Positions 9,472-24,400 of a DNA stretch of 64,000 nucleotides are shown here, piece by piece; the first letter of the stretch is position 1, and each line of letters starts with the position of its first letter. The notes under the pieces were generated by a model. It was not told the DNA's origin, searched no databases, and saw nothing but the letters and a program-made list of their open reading frames with translations. Source of the stretch: Nemertoderma westbladi (taxonomy: Eukaryota > Animalia > Xenacoelomorpha). Made by a program: the position numbers and the translations under genes. The DNA lies in assembly GCA_032718475.1 (NCBI GenBank), contig JAUCBJ010008499.1, positions 69,589-133,588 on the forward strand, written 5' to 3'.

Positions 9472-12400
9472 CTGTAAGATAAACAATAAACAGTAGTGCT
9501 ACAGCTGTAAGATAAACAATAAACACCAGTGTTAGAGCTGTAAGATAAACAATAAACACCAGGTCTAGCTAGAGCTGTAAGATAAACAATAAACAGTAGT
9601 GCTCTAGAGCTGTAAGATAAACAATAAACACCAGTGCTAGTGCTGCAAGATAAACAATAAACACCAGTGTTAGAGCTGTAAGATAAACAATAAACAGTAG
9701 TGCTCTAGAGCTGTAAGATAAACAATAAACAGTAGTGCTCTAGAGCTGTAAGATAAACAATAAACACCAGTGTTAGAGCTGTAAGATAAACAATAAACAC
9801 CAGGTCTAGCTAGAGCTGTAAGATAAACAATAAACAGTAGTGCTCTAGAGCTGTAAGATAAACAATAAACACCAGTGCTAGAGCTGTAAGATAAACAATA
9901 AACAGTAGTGCTCTAGAGCTGTAAGATGAACAATAAACACCAATGCTAGAGCTGTAAGATAAACAATAAACACCAGGTCTAGCTAGAGCTGTAAGATAAA
10001 CAATAAACAGTAGTGCTCTAGAGCTGTAAGTTAAACAATAAACACCAGTGCTAGAGCTGTAAGATAAACAATAAACAGTAGTGCTCTACAGCTGTAAGAT
10101 GAACAATAAACACCAGTGCTAGAGCTGTAAGATAAACAATAAACAGTAGTGCTCTAGAGCTGTAAGATAAACAATAAACACCAGTGCTAGAGCTGTAAGA
10201 TAAACAATACACACCAGGTCTATCTAGAGCTGTAAAATAAACAATAAACACCAGTGCTAGAGCTGTAAGATAAACAATAAACACCAGTGCTAGAGCTGTA
10301 AGATAAACAATACACACCAGGTCTATCTAGAGCTGTAAGATAAACAATAAACACCAGTGCTAGAGCTGTAAGATAAACAATGAACACCAGTGCTAGTGCT
10401 GTAAGATAAACAATAAACACCAGGTTTAGCTAGAGCTGTAAGATAAACAATAAACACCAATGCTAGAGCTGTAAGATGAACAATAAACACCAGGTTTAGC
10501 TAGAGCTGTAAGATAAACTATAAACACCAGTGCTAGAGCTGTAAGATAAACAATAAACACCAATGCTAGAGCTGTAAGATAAACAATAAACAGTAGTGCT
10601 CTAGAGCTGTAAGATAAACAATAAACACCAGTGTTAGAGCTGTAAGATAAACAATAAACACCAGGTCTAGCTAGAGCTGTAAGATAAACAATAAACAGTA
10701 GTGCTCTAGAGCTGTAAGATAAACAATAAACACCAGTGCTAGAGCTGTAAGATAAACAATAAACAGTAGTGCTCTAGAGCTGTAAGATGAACAATAAACA
10801 CCAATGCTAGAGCTGTAAGATAAACAATAAACACCAGGTCTAGCTAGAGCTGTAAGATAAACAATAAACAGTAGTGCTCTAGAGCTGTAAGATAAACAAT
10901 AAACACCAGTGCTAAGGCTGTAAGATAAACAATAAACAGTAGTGCTCTACAGCTGTAAGATGAACAATAAACACCAGTTCTAGAGCTGTAAGATAAACAA
11001 TAAACAGTAGTGCTCTAGAGCTGTAAGATGAACAATAAACACCAATGCTAGAGCTGTAAGATAAACAATAAACACCAGGTCTATCTAGAGCTGTAAGATA
11101 AACAATAAACAGTAGTGCTCTAGAGCTGTAAGATAAACAATAAACACCAGTGCAACAGCTGTAAGATAAACAATAAACACCAATGCTAGAGCTGTAAGAT
11201 GAACAATAAACACCAGGTTTAGCTAGAGCTGTAAGATAAACTATAAACACCAGTGCTAGAGCTGTAAGATAAACAATAAACACCAATGCTAGAGCTGTAA
11301 GATAAACAATAAACAGTAGTGCTCTAGAGCTGTAAGATAAACAATGAACACCAGTGCTACAGCTGTAAGATAAACAATAAACACCAATGCTAGAGCTGTA
11401 AGATGAACAATAAACACCAGGTTTAGCTAGAGCTGTAAGATAAACTATAAACACCAGTGCTAGAGCTGCAAGATAAACAATATACACCAATGCTAGAGCT
11501 GTAAGATAAACAATAAACAGTAGTGCTCTAGAGCTGTAAGATAAACAATAAACACCAGTGTTAGAGCTGTAAGATAAACAATAAACACCAGGTCTAGCTA
11601 GAGCTGTAAGATAAACAATAAACAGTAGTGCTCTAGAGCTGTAAGATAAACAATAAACACCAGTGCTAGAGCTGTAAGATAAACAATAAACAGTAGTGCT
11701 CTAGAGCTGTAAGATGAACAATAAACACCAATGCTAGAGCTGTAAGATAAACAATAAACACCAGGTCTAGCTAGAGCTGTAAGATAAACAATAAACAGTA
11801 GTGCTCTAGAGCTGTAAGATAAACAATAAACACCAGTGCTAGAGCTGTAAGATAAACAATAAACAGTAGTGCTCTACAGCTGTAAGATGAACAATAAACA
11901 CCAGTTCTAGAGCTGTAAGATAAACAATAAACAGTAGTGCTCTAGAGCTGTAAGATGAACAATAAACACCAATGCTAGAGCTGTAAGATAAACAATAAAC
12001 ACCAGGTCTAGCTAGAGCTGTAAGATAAACAATAAACAGTAGTGCTCTAGAGCTGTAAGATAAACAATAAACACCAGTGCTAGAGCTGTAAGATAAACAA
12101 TAAACAGTAGTGCTCTACAGCTGTAAGATGAACAATAAACACCAGTTCTAGAGCTGTAAGATAAACAATAAACAGTAGTGCTCTAGAGCTGTAAAATAAA
12201 CAATAAACACCAGTGCTAGAGCTGTAAGATAAACAATAAACACCAGTGCTAGAGCTGTAAGATAAACAATACACACCAGGTCTATCTAGAGCTGTAAGAT
12301 AAACAATAAACACCAGTGCTAGAGCTGTAAGATAAACAATAAACACCAGTGCTAGAGCTGTAAGATAAACAATAAACACCAATGCTAGAGCTGTAAAATG

Positions 12401-15400
12401 AACAATAAACACCAGGTTTAGCTAGAGCTGTAAGATAAACAGTAAACACCAGTGCTAGAGCTGTAAGATAAACAATAAACACCAATGCTAGAGCTGTAAG
12501 ATAAACAATAAACAGTAGTGCTCTAGAGCTGTAAGATAAACAATAAACACCAATGCTAGAGCTGTAAGATAAACAATAAACACCAGGTTTAGCTAGAGCT
12601 GTAAGATAAACAATAAACACCAGGTCTATCTAGAGCTGTAAGATAAACAATAAACACCAGGTTTAGCTAGAGCTGTAAGATAAACAATAAACACCAGGTC
12701 TATCTAGAGCTGTAAGATAAACAATAAACACCAGTGCTAGAGCTGTAAGATAGACAATAAACAGCAGTGCTCTAGAGCTGTAAGATAAACAATAAACACC
12801 AATGCTAGAGCTGTAAGATAAACAATAAACACCAATGCTAGTGCTGTAAGATAAACAATAAACACCAATACTAGTGCTGTAACAATAACAATAAACACCA
12901 GGTTTAGCTAGAGCTGTAAGATAAACAATAAACAGTAGTGCTCTAGAGCTGTAAGATAAACAATAAACACCAATGCTAGAGCTGTAAGATAAACAATAAA
13001 CAGTAGTGCTCTAGAGCTGTAAGATAAACAATAAACACCAATGCTAGTGCTGTAAGATAAACAATAAACACCAGGTCTAGCTAGAGCTGTAAGATAAACA
13101 ATAAACACCAGTGCTAGAGCTGTAAGATAAACAATAAACACCAATGCTAGAGCTGTAAGATAAACAATAAACAGTAGTGCTCTAGAGCTGTAAGATAAAC
13201 AATAAACACCAATGCTAGTGCTGTAAGATAAACAATAAACACCAGGTTTAGCTAGAGCTGTAAGATAAACAATAAACACCAGGTATATCTAGAGCTGTAA
13301 GATAAACAATAAACACCAGTGCTAGAGCTGTAAGATAAACAATAAACACCAATGCTAGTGCTGTAAGATAAACAATAAACAGTAGTGCTCTAGAGCTGTA
13401 AGATAAACAATAAACACCAATGCTAGTGCTGTAAGATAAACAATAAACACCAGGTTTAGCTAGAGCTGTAAGATAAACAATAAACACCAGGTCTATCTAG
13501 AGCTGTAAGATAAACAATAAACACCAATGCTAGAGCTGTAAGATAAACAATAAACACCAATGCTAGAGCAGTAAGATAAACAATAAACAGTAGTGCTCTA
13601 GAGCTGTAAGATAAACAATAAACACCAGTGCTAGAGCTGTAAGATAGACAATAAACAGTAGTGCTCTAGAGCTGTAAGATAAACAATAAACACAAATGCT
13701 AGAGCTGTAAGATAAACAATAAACACCAGGTCTAGCTAGAGCTGTAAGATAAACAATAAACAGTAGTGCTCTAGAGCTGTAAGATAAACAATAAACACCA
13801 ATGCTAGTGCCGTAAGATAAACAATACACACCAGGTCTAGCTAGAGCTGTAAGATAAACAATAAACAGTAGTGCTCTAGAGCTGTAAGATAAACAATAAA
13901 CACCAATGCTAGTGCTGTAAGATAAACAATACACACCAGGTTTAGCTAGAGCTGTAAGATGAACAATAAACAACAGTGCTAGAGCTGTAAGATAAACAAT
14001 AAACAGTAGTTCTCTAGAGCTGTAAGATAAACAATAAACACCAATGCTAGTGCTGCAAGATAAACAATACACACCAGGTCTAGCTAGAGCTGTCAGATAA
14101 ACAATAAACAGTAGTGCTCTAGAGCTGTAAGATAAACAATAAACACTAATGCTAGAGCTATAAGATAAACAATAAACACCAATGATAGTGCTGTAAGATA
14201 AACAATACACACCAGGATTAGCTAGAGCTGTAAGATGAACAATAAACACCAGTGCTAGAGCTGTAAGATAAACAATAAACAGTAGTGCTCTAGTGCTGTA
14301 AGATGAACAATAAACACCAGTGCTAGAGCTGTAAGATAAACAATAAACAGTAGTGCTCTACAGCTGTAAGATAAACAATAAACACCAGATCTAGCTAGAG
14401 CTGTAAGATAAACAATAAACACCAATGCTAGTGCTGTAAGATAAACAATACACACCAGGTCTAGCCTAGAGCTGTAAGATAAACAATAAACAGTAGTGCT
14501 CTAGAGCTGTAAGATAAACAATAAACACCAGTGCTAGAGCTGTAAGATAAACAATAAACACCAGTGCTAGAGCTGTAAGATAAACAATAAACAGTAGTGC
14601 TCTAGAGCTGTAAGATAAACAATAAACACCAATGCTAGTGCTGTAAGATAAACAATAAACAGTAGTGCTCTAGAGCTGTAAGATAAACAATAAACAGTAG
14701 TGCTCTAGAGCTGTAAGATAAACAATAAACACCAGTGCTAGAGCTGTAAGATAAACAATAAACACCAGTGCTAGAGCTGTAAGATAAACAATAAACAGTA
14801 GTGCTCTAGAGCTGTAAGATAAACAATAAACAGTAGTGCTCTAGAGCTGTAAGATAAACAATAAACACCAATGCTAGTGCTGTAAGATAAACAATAAACA
14901 GTAGTGCTCTAGTGCTGTAAGATGAACAATAAACACCAGATCTAGCTAGAGCTGTAAGATAAACAATAAACACCAATGCTAGTGCTGTAAGATAAACAAT
15001 AAACAGTAGTGCTCTAGAGCTGTAAGATAACAATAAACACCAATGCTAGTGCTGTAAGATAAACAATAAACACCAGGTTTAGCTAGAGCTGTAAGATGAA
15101 CAATAAACACCAATGCTCTAGAGCTGTAAGATAAACAATAAACAGTAGTGCTCTAGAGCTGTAAGATGAACAATAAACAGTAGTGCTCTAGAGCTGTAAG
15201 ATAAACAATAAACACCAATGCTAGGCTGTAAGATAAACAATAAACACCAGGTTTAGCTAGAGCTGTAAAATAAACAATAAACACCAATGCTAGAGCTGTA
15301 AGATAAACAATAAACAGTAGTGCTCTAGAGCTGTAAGATAAACAATAAACACCAATGCTAGAGCTGTAAGATAAACAATAAACAGTAGTGCTCTAGAGCT

Positions 15401-18400
15401 GTAAGATAAACAATAAACACCAGTGCGCTAGAGCTGTAAGATAAACAATAAACACCAGGTCTAGCTAGAGCTGTAAGATAAACAATAAACAGTAGTGCTC
15501 TAGAGCTGTAAGATAAACAATAAACACCAGTGCTAGAGCTGTAAGATAAACAATAAACACCAGTGCTAGAGCTGTAAGATAAACAATAAACAGTAGTGCT
15601 CTAGAGCTGTAAGATAAACAATAAACACCAATGCTAGTGCTGTAAGATAAACAATAAACAGTAGTGCTCTAGAGCTGTAAGATAAACAATAAACACCAGT
15701 GCTAGAGCTGTAAGATAAACAATAAACACCAGTGCTAGAGCTGTAAGATAAACAATAAACAGTAGTGCTCTAGAGCTGTAAGATAAACAATAAACACCAA
15801 TGTTAGTGCTGTAAGATGAACAATAAACACCAGGTTTAGCTAGAGCTGTAAGATAAACAATAAACACCAGTGCTAGAGCTGTAAGATAAACAATAAACAC
15901 CAATGCTAGAGCTGAAAGATAAACAATAAACATTAGTGCTCTAGAGCTGTAAGATAAACAATAAACATCAATGCTAGTGCTGTAAGATAAACAATAAACA
16001 CCAGGTTTAGCTAGAGCTGTAAGAAAAACAATAAACACCAGGTCTATCTAGAGCTGTAAGATAAACAATAAACACCAATGCTAGAGCTGTAAGATAAACA
16101 ATAAACACCAATGCTAGAGCTGTAAGATAAACAATAAACAGTAGTGCTCTAGAGCTGTAAGATAAACAATAAACACCAGTGCTAGAGCTGTAAGATAGAC
16201 AATAAACAGTAGTGCTCTAGAGCTGTAAGATAAACAATAAACACAAATGCTAGAGCTGTAAGATAAACAATAAACACCAGGTCTAGCTAGAGCTGTAAGA
16301 TAAACAATAAACAGTAGTGCTCTAGAGCTGTAAGATAAACAATAAACACCAATGCTAGTGCTGTAAGATAAACAATACACACCAGGTTTAGCTAGAGCTG
16401 TAAGATAAACAATAAACACCAGGTCTATCTAGAGCTGTAAGATAAACAATAAACACCAGGTTTAGCTAGAGCTGTAAGATAAACAATAAACACCAGGTCT
16501 ATCTAGAGCTGTAAGATAAACAATAAACACCAGTGCTAGCTGTAAGATAAACAGTAAACACCAATGCTAGAGCTGTAAGATAAACAATAAACAGTAGTGC
16601 TCTAGAGCTGTAAGATAAACAATAAACACCAGTGCTAGAGCTGTAAGATAGACAATAAACAGCAGTGCTCTAGAGCTGTAAGATAAACAATAAACACCAA
16701 TGCTAGAGCTGTAAGATAAACAATAAACACCAATGCTAGTGCTGTAAGATAAACAATAAACACCAATACTAGTGCTGTAACAATAACAATAAACACCAGG
16801 TTTAGCTAGAGCTGTAAGATAAACAATAAACAGTAGTGCTTTAGAGCTGTAAGATAAACAATAAACACCAATGCTAGAGCTGTAAGATAAACAATAAACA
16901 GTAGTGCTCTAGAGCTGTAAGATAAACAATAAACACCAATGCTAGTGCTGTAAGATAAACAATAAACACCAGGTCTAGCTAGAGCTGTAAGATAAACAAT
17001 AAACACAGGTGCTAGAGCTGTAAGATAAACAATAAACACCAATGCTAGAGCTGTAAGATAAACAATAAACAGTAGTGCTCTAGAGCTGTAAGATAAACAA
17101 TAAACACCAATGCTAGTGCTGTAAGATAAACAATAAACACCAGGTTTAGCTAGAGCTGTAAGATAAACAATAAACACCAGGTATATCTAGAGCTGTAAGA
17201 TAAACAATAAACACCAGTGCTAGAGCTGTAAGATAAACAATAAACACCAATGCTAGTGCTGTAAGATAAACAATAAACAGTAGTGCTCTAGAGCTGTAAG
17301 ATAAACAATAAACACGAAATGCTAGTGCTGTAAGATAAACAATAAACACCAGGTTTAGCTAGAGCTGTAAGATAAACAATAAACACCAGGTCTATCTAGA
17401 GCTGTAAGATAAACAATAAACAACAATGCTAGAGCTGTAAGATAAACAATAAACACCAATGCTAGAGCAGTAAGATAAACAATAAACAGTAGTGCTCTAG
17501 AGCTGTAAGATAAACAATAAACACCAGTGCTAGAGCTGTAAGATAGACAATAAACAGTAGTGCTCTAGAGCTGTAAGATAAACAATAAACACAAATGCTA
17601 GAGCTGTAAGATAAACAATAAACACCAGGTCTAGCTAGAGCTGTAAGATAAACAATAAACAGTAGTGCTCTAGAGCTGTAAGATAAACAATAAACACCAA
17701 TGCTAGTGCTGTAAGATAAACAATACACACCAGGTCTAGCTAGAGCTGTAAGATAAACAATAAACAGTAGTGCTCTAGAGCTGTAAGATAAACAATAAAC
17801 ACCAATGCTAGTGCTGTAAGATAAACAATACACACCAGGTTTAGCTAGAGCTGTAAGATGAACAATAAACAACAGTGCTAGAGCTGTAAGATAAACAATA
17901 AACAGTAGTTCTCTAGAGCTGTAAGATAAACAATAAACACCAATGCTAGTGCTGCAAGATAAACAATACACACCAGGTCTAGCTAGAGCTGTCAGATAAA
18001 CAATAAACAGTAGTGCTCTAGAGCTGTAAGATAAACAATAAACACTAATGCTAGAGCTATAAGATAAACAATAAACACCAATGCTAGTGCTGTAAGATAA
18101 ACAATACACACCAGGATTAGCTAGAGCTGTAAGATGAACAATAAACACCAGTGCTAGAGCTGTAAGATAAACAATAAACAGTAGTGCTCTAGTGCTGTAA
18201 GATGAACAATAAACACCAGTGCTAGAGCTGTAAGATAAACAATAAACAGTAGTGCTCTACAGCTGTAAGATAAACAATAAACACCAGATCTAGCTAGAGC
18301 TGTAAGATAAACAATAAACACCAATGCTAGTGCTGTAAGATAAACAATACACACCAGGTCTAGCTAGAGCTGTAAGATAAACAATAAACAGTAGTGCTCT

Positions 18401-21400
18401 AGAGCTGTAAGATAAACAATAAACACCAGTGCTAGAGCTGTAAGATAAACAATAAACACCAGTGCTAGAGCTGTAAGATAAACAATAAACAGTAGTGCTC
18501 TAGAGCTGTAAGATAAACAATAAACACCAATGCTAGTGCTGTAAGATAAACAATAAACAGTAGTGCTCTAGAGCTGTAAGATAAACAATAAACAGTAGTG
18601 CTCTAGAGCTGTAAGATAAACAATAAACACCAGTGCTAGAGCTGTAAGATAAACAATAAACACCAGTGCTAGAGCTGTAAGATAAACAATAAACAGTAGT
18701 GCTCTAGAGCTGTAAGATAAACAATAAACACCAATGCTAGTGCTGTAAGATAAACAATAAACAGTAGTGCTCTAGTGCTGTAAGATGAACAATAAACACC
18801 AGATCTAGCTAGAGCTGTAAGATAAACAATAAACACCAATGCTAGTGCTGTAAGATAAACAATAAACAGTAGTGCTCTAGAGCTGTAAGATAACAATAAA
18901 CACCAATGCTAGTGCTGTAAGATAAACAATAAACACCAGGTTTAGCTAGAGCTGTAAGATGAACAATAAACACCAATGCTCTAGAGCTGTAAGATAAACA
19001 ATAAACAGTAGTGCTCTAGAGCTGTAAGATGAACAATAAACAGTAGTGCTCTAGAGCTGTAAGATAAACAATAAACACCAATGCTAGGCTGTAAGATAAA
19101 CAATAAACACCAGGTTTAGCTAGAGCTGTAAAATAAACAATAAACACCAATGCTAGAGCTGTAAGATAAACAATAAACAGTAGTGCTCTAGAGCTGTAAG
19201 ATAAACAATAAACACCAATGCTAGAGCTGTAAGATAAACAATAAACAGTAGTGCTCTAGAGCTGTAAGATAAACAATAAACACCAGTGCGCTAGAGCTGT
19301 AAGATAAACAATAAACACCAGGTCTAGCTAGAGCTGTAAGATAAACAATAAACAGTAGTGCTCTAGAGCTGTAAGATAAACAATAAACACCAGTGCTAGA
19401 GCTGTAAGATAAACAATAAACACCAGTGCTAGAGCTGTAAGATAAACAATAAACAGTAGTGCTCTAGAGCTGTAAGATAAACAATAAACACCAATGCTAG
19501 TGCTGTAAGATAAACAATAAACAGTAGTGCTCTAGAGCTGTAAGATAAACAATAAACACCAGTGCTAGAGCTGTAAGATAAACAATAAACACAAGTGCTA
19601 GAGCTGTAAGATAAACAATAAACAGTAGTGCTCTAGAGCTGTAAGATAAACAATAAACACCAATGCTAGTGCTGTAAGATGAACAATAAACACCAGGTTT
19701 AGCTAGAGCTGTAAGATAAACAATAAACACCAGTGCTAGAGCTGTAAGATAAACAATAAACACCAATGCTAGAGCTGAAAGATAAACAATAAACATTAGT
19801 GCTCTAGAGCTGTAAGATAAACAATAAACACCAATGCTAGTGCTGTAAGATAAACAATAAACACCAGGTTTAGCTAGAGCTGTAAGAAAAACAATAAACA
19901 CCAGGTCTATCTAGAGCTGTAAGATAAACAATAAACACCAATGCTAGAGCTGTAAGATAAACAATAAACACCAATGCTAGAGCTGTAAGATAAACAATAA
20001 ACAGTAGTGCTCTAGAGCTGTAAGATAAACAATAAACACCAGTGCTAGAGCTGTAAGATAGACAATAAACAGTAGTGCTCTAGAGCTGTAAGATAAACAA
20101 TAAACACAAATGCTAGAGCTGTAAGATAAACAATAAACACCAGGTCTAGCTAGAGCTGTAAGATAAACAATAAACAGTAGTGCTCTAGAGCTGTAAGATA
20201 AACAATAAACACCAATGCTAGTGCTGTAAGATAAACAATACACACCAGGTTTAGCTAGAGCTGTAAGATAAACAATAAACACCAATGCTAGAGCTGTAAG
20301 ATGAACAATAAACACCAGGTCTAGCTAGAGCTGTAAGATAAACAATAAACACCAGTGCTCTAGAGCTGTAAGATAAACAATAAACAGTAGTGCTCTAGAG
20401 CTGTAAGATAAACAATAAACACCAATGCTAGTGCTGTAAGATAAACAATACACACCAGGTTTAGCTAGAGCTGTAAGATGAACAATAAACACCAGTGCTA
20501 GAGCTGTAAGATAAACAATAAACAGTAGTTCTCTAGAGCTGTAAGATAAACAATAAACACCAATGATAGTGCTGCAAGATAAACAATACACACCAGGTCT
20601 AGCTAGAGCTGTCAGATAAACAATAAACAGTAGTGCTCTAGAGCTGTAAGATAAACAATAAACACCAATGCTAGAGCTATAAGATAAACAATAAACACCA
20701 ATGCTAGTGCTGTAAGATAAACAATACACACCAGGTTTAGCTAGAGCTGTAAGATGAACAATAAACATCAGTGCTAGAGCTGTAAGATAAACAATAAACA
20801 GTAGTGCTCTAGTGCTGTAAGATGAACAATAAACACCAGATCTAGCTAGAGCTGTAAGATAAACAATAAACACCAATGCTAGTGCTGTAAGATAAACAAT
20901 AAACAGTAGTGCTCTAGAGCTGTAAGATGAACAATAAACACCAGTGCTAGAGCTGTAAGATAAACAATAAACACCAGGTTTAGCTAGAGCTGTAAGATGA
21001 ACAATAAACACCAGTGCTAGAGCTGTAAGATAAACAATAAACAGTAGTGCTCTAGAGCTGTAAGATAAACAATAAACACCAATGCTAGTGCTGTAAGATA
21101 AACAATAAACACCAGGTTTAGCAAGAGCTGTAAGATGAACAATAAACAGTAGTGCTCTAGAGCTGTAAGATAAACAATAAACACCAGTGCTAGAGCTGTA
21201 AGATAAACAATAAACACCAATGCTAGTGCTGTAAGATAAACAATAAACACCAGGTTTAGCTAGAGCTGTAAGATAAACAATAAACAGTAGTGCTCTAGAG
21301 CTGTAAGATAAACAATAAACACCAGTGCTAGAGCTGTAAGATAAACAATAAACACCAGGTCTAGCTAGAGCTGTAAGATAAACAATAAACACCAGGTCTA

Positions 21401-24400
21401 GCTAGAGCTGTAAGATAAACAATAAACAGTAGTGCTCTAGAGCTGTAAGATAAACAATAAACACCAGTGCTAGAGCTGTAAGATAAACAATAAACAGTAG
21501 TGCTCTAGAGCTGTAAGATAAACAATAAACACCAATGCTAGTGCTGTAAGATAAACAATAAACACCAGGTTTAGCTAGAGCTGTAAGATGAACAATAAAC
21601 ACCAATGCTCTAGAGCTGTAAGATAAACAATAAACAGTAGTGCTCTAGAGCTGTAAGATGAACAATAAACACCAGGTCTAGCTAGAGCTGTAAGATGAAC
21701 AATAAACACCAGTGCTAGAGCTGTAAGATAGACAATAAACAGTAGTGCTCTAGAGCTGTAAGATAAACAATAAACAGTAGTGCTCTAGAGCTGTAAGATA
21801 AACAATAAACACCAATGCTAGAGCTGTAAGATAAACAATAAACATCAGGTTTAGCTAGAGCTGTATGATAAACAATAAACACCAGTGCTAGAGCTGTAAG
21901 ATAAACAATAAACAGTAGTGCTCTAGAGCTGTTAGATACACAATAAACACCAGTGCTAGAGCTGTAAGATAAACAATAAACAGTAGTGCTCTAGAGCTGT
22001 AAGATGAACAATAAACAGTAGTGCTCTAGAGCTGTAAGATAAACAATAAACACCAATGCTAGTGCTGTAAGATAAACAATAAACACCAGGTTTAGCTAGA
22101 GCTGTAAGATAAACAATAAACACCAATGCTAGAGCTGTAAGATAAACAATAAACAGTAGTGCTCTAGAGCTGTAAGATAAACAATAAACACCAATGCTAG
22201 AGCTGTAAGATAAACAATAAACAGTAGTGCTCTAGAGCTGTAAGATAAACAATAAACACCAGTGTTAGAGCTGTAAGATAAACAATAAACAGTAGTGCTC
22301 TAGAGCTGTAAGATGAACAATAAACAGTAGTGCTCTAGAGCTGTAAGATAAACAATAAACACCAATGCTAGTGCTGTAAGATAAACAATAAACACCAGGT
22401 TTAGCTAGAGCTGTAAGATAAACAATAAACACCAATGCTAGAGCTGTAAGATAAACAATAAACAGTAGTGCTCTAGAGCTGTAAGATAAACAATAAACAC
22501 CAGTGCGCTAGAGCTGTAAGATAAACAATAAACACCAGGTCTAGCTAGAGCTGTAAGATAAACAATAAACAGTAGTGCTCTAGAGCTGTAAGATAAACAA
22601 TAAACAGTAGTGCTCTAGAGCTGTAAGATAAACAATAAACACCAATGCTAGTGCTGTAAGATAAACAATAAACACCAGGTCTAGCTAGAGCTGTAAGATA
22701 AACAATAAACACCAGGTCTAGCTAGAGCTGTAAGATAAACAATAAACAGTAGTGCTCTAGAGCTGTAAGATAAACAATAAACACCAGGTCTAGCTAGAGC
22801 TGTAAGATAAACAATAAACAGTAGTGCTCTAGAGCTGTAAGATAAACAATAAACAGTAGTGCTCTAGAGCTGTAAGATACACAATAAACACCAGTGCTAG
22901 AGCTGTAAGATAAACAATAAACAGTAGTGCTCTAGAGCTGTAAGATGAACAATAAACAGTAGTGCTCTAGAGCTGTAAGATAAACAATAAACACCAATGC
23001 TAGTGCTGTAAGATAAACAATAAACACCAGGTTTAGCTAGAGCTGTAAGATAAACAATAAACACCAATGCTAGAGCTGTAAGATAAACAATAAACAGTAG
23101 TGCTCTAGAGCTGTAAGATAAACAATAAACACCAATGCTAGAGCTGTAAGATAAACAATAAACAGTAGTGCTCTAGAGCTGTAAGATAAACAATAAACAC
23201 CAGTGTTAGAGCTGTAAGATAAACAATAAACAGTAGTGCTCTAGAGCTGTAAGATGAACAATAAACAGTAGTGCTCTAGAGCTGTAAGATAAACAATAAA
23301 CACCAATGCTAGTGCTGTAAGATAAACAATAAACACCAGGTTTAGCTAGAGCTGTAAGATAAACAATAAACACCAATGCTAGAGCTGTAAGATAAACAAT
23401 AAACAGTAGTGCTCTAGAGCTGTAAGATAAACAATAAACACCAGTGCGCTAGAGCTGTAAGATAAACAATAAACACCAGGTCTAGCTAGAGCTGTAAGAT
23501 AAACAATAAACAGTAGTGCTCTAGAGCTGTAAGATAAACAATAAACAGTAGTGCTCTAGAGCTGTAAGATAAACAATAAACACCAATGCTAGTGCTGTAA
23601 GATAAACAATAAACACCAGGTCTAGCTAGAGCTGTAAGATAAACAATAAACACCAGGTCTAGCTAGAGCTGTAAGATAAACAATAAACAGTAGTGCTCTA
23701 GAGCTGTAAGATAAACAATAAACACCAGGTTTAGCTAGAGCTGTAAGATAAACAATAAACAGTAGTGCTCTAGAGCTGTAAGATAAACAATAAACAGTAG
23801 TGCTCTAGAGCTGTAAGATAAACAATAAACACCAATGCTAGAGCTGTAAGATAAACAATAAACAGTAGTGCTCTAGAGCTGTAAGATAAACAATAAACAC
23901 CAATGCTAGAGCTGTAAGATAAACAATAAACAGTAGTGCTCTAGAGCTGTAAGATAAACAATAAACAGTAGTGCTCTAGAGCTGTAAGATAAACAATAAA
24001 CACCAATGCTAGTGCTGTAAGATAAACAATAAACACCAGGTTTAGCTAGAGCTGTAAGATGAACAACAAACAAACACCAATGCTAGAGCTGTAAGATAAA
24101 CAATAAACACCAGGTCTAGTTAGAGCTGTAAGATAAACAATAAACACCAGTGCTAGAGCTGTAAGATAAACAATAAACACCAGTGCTAGAGATGTAAGAT
24201 AAACAATAAACACCAATGCTAGTGCTGTAAGATAAACAATAAACACCAGGTTTAGCTAGAGCTGTAAGATGAACAATAAACACCAGGTTTAGCTAGAGCT
24301 GTAAGATGAACAATAAACACCAGTGCTAGATCTGTAAGATAAACAATAAACACCAATGCTAGTGCTGTAAGATAAACAATAAACACCAGGTTTAGCTAGA

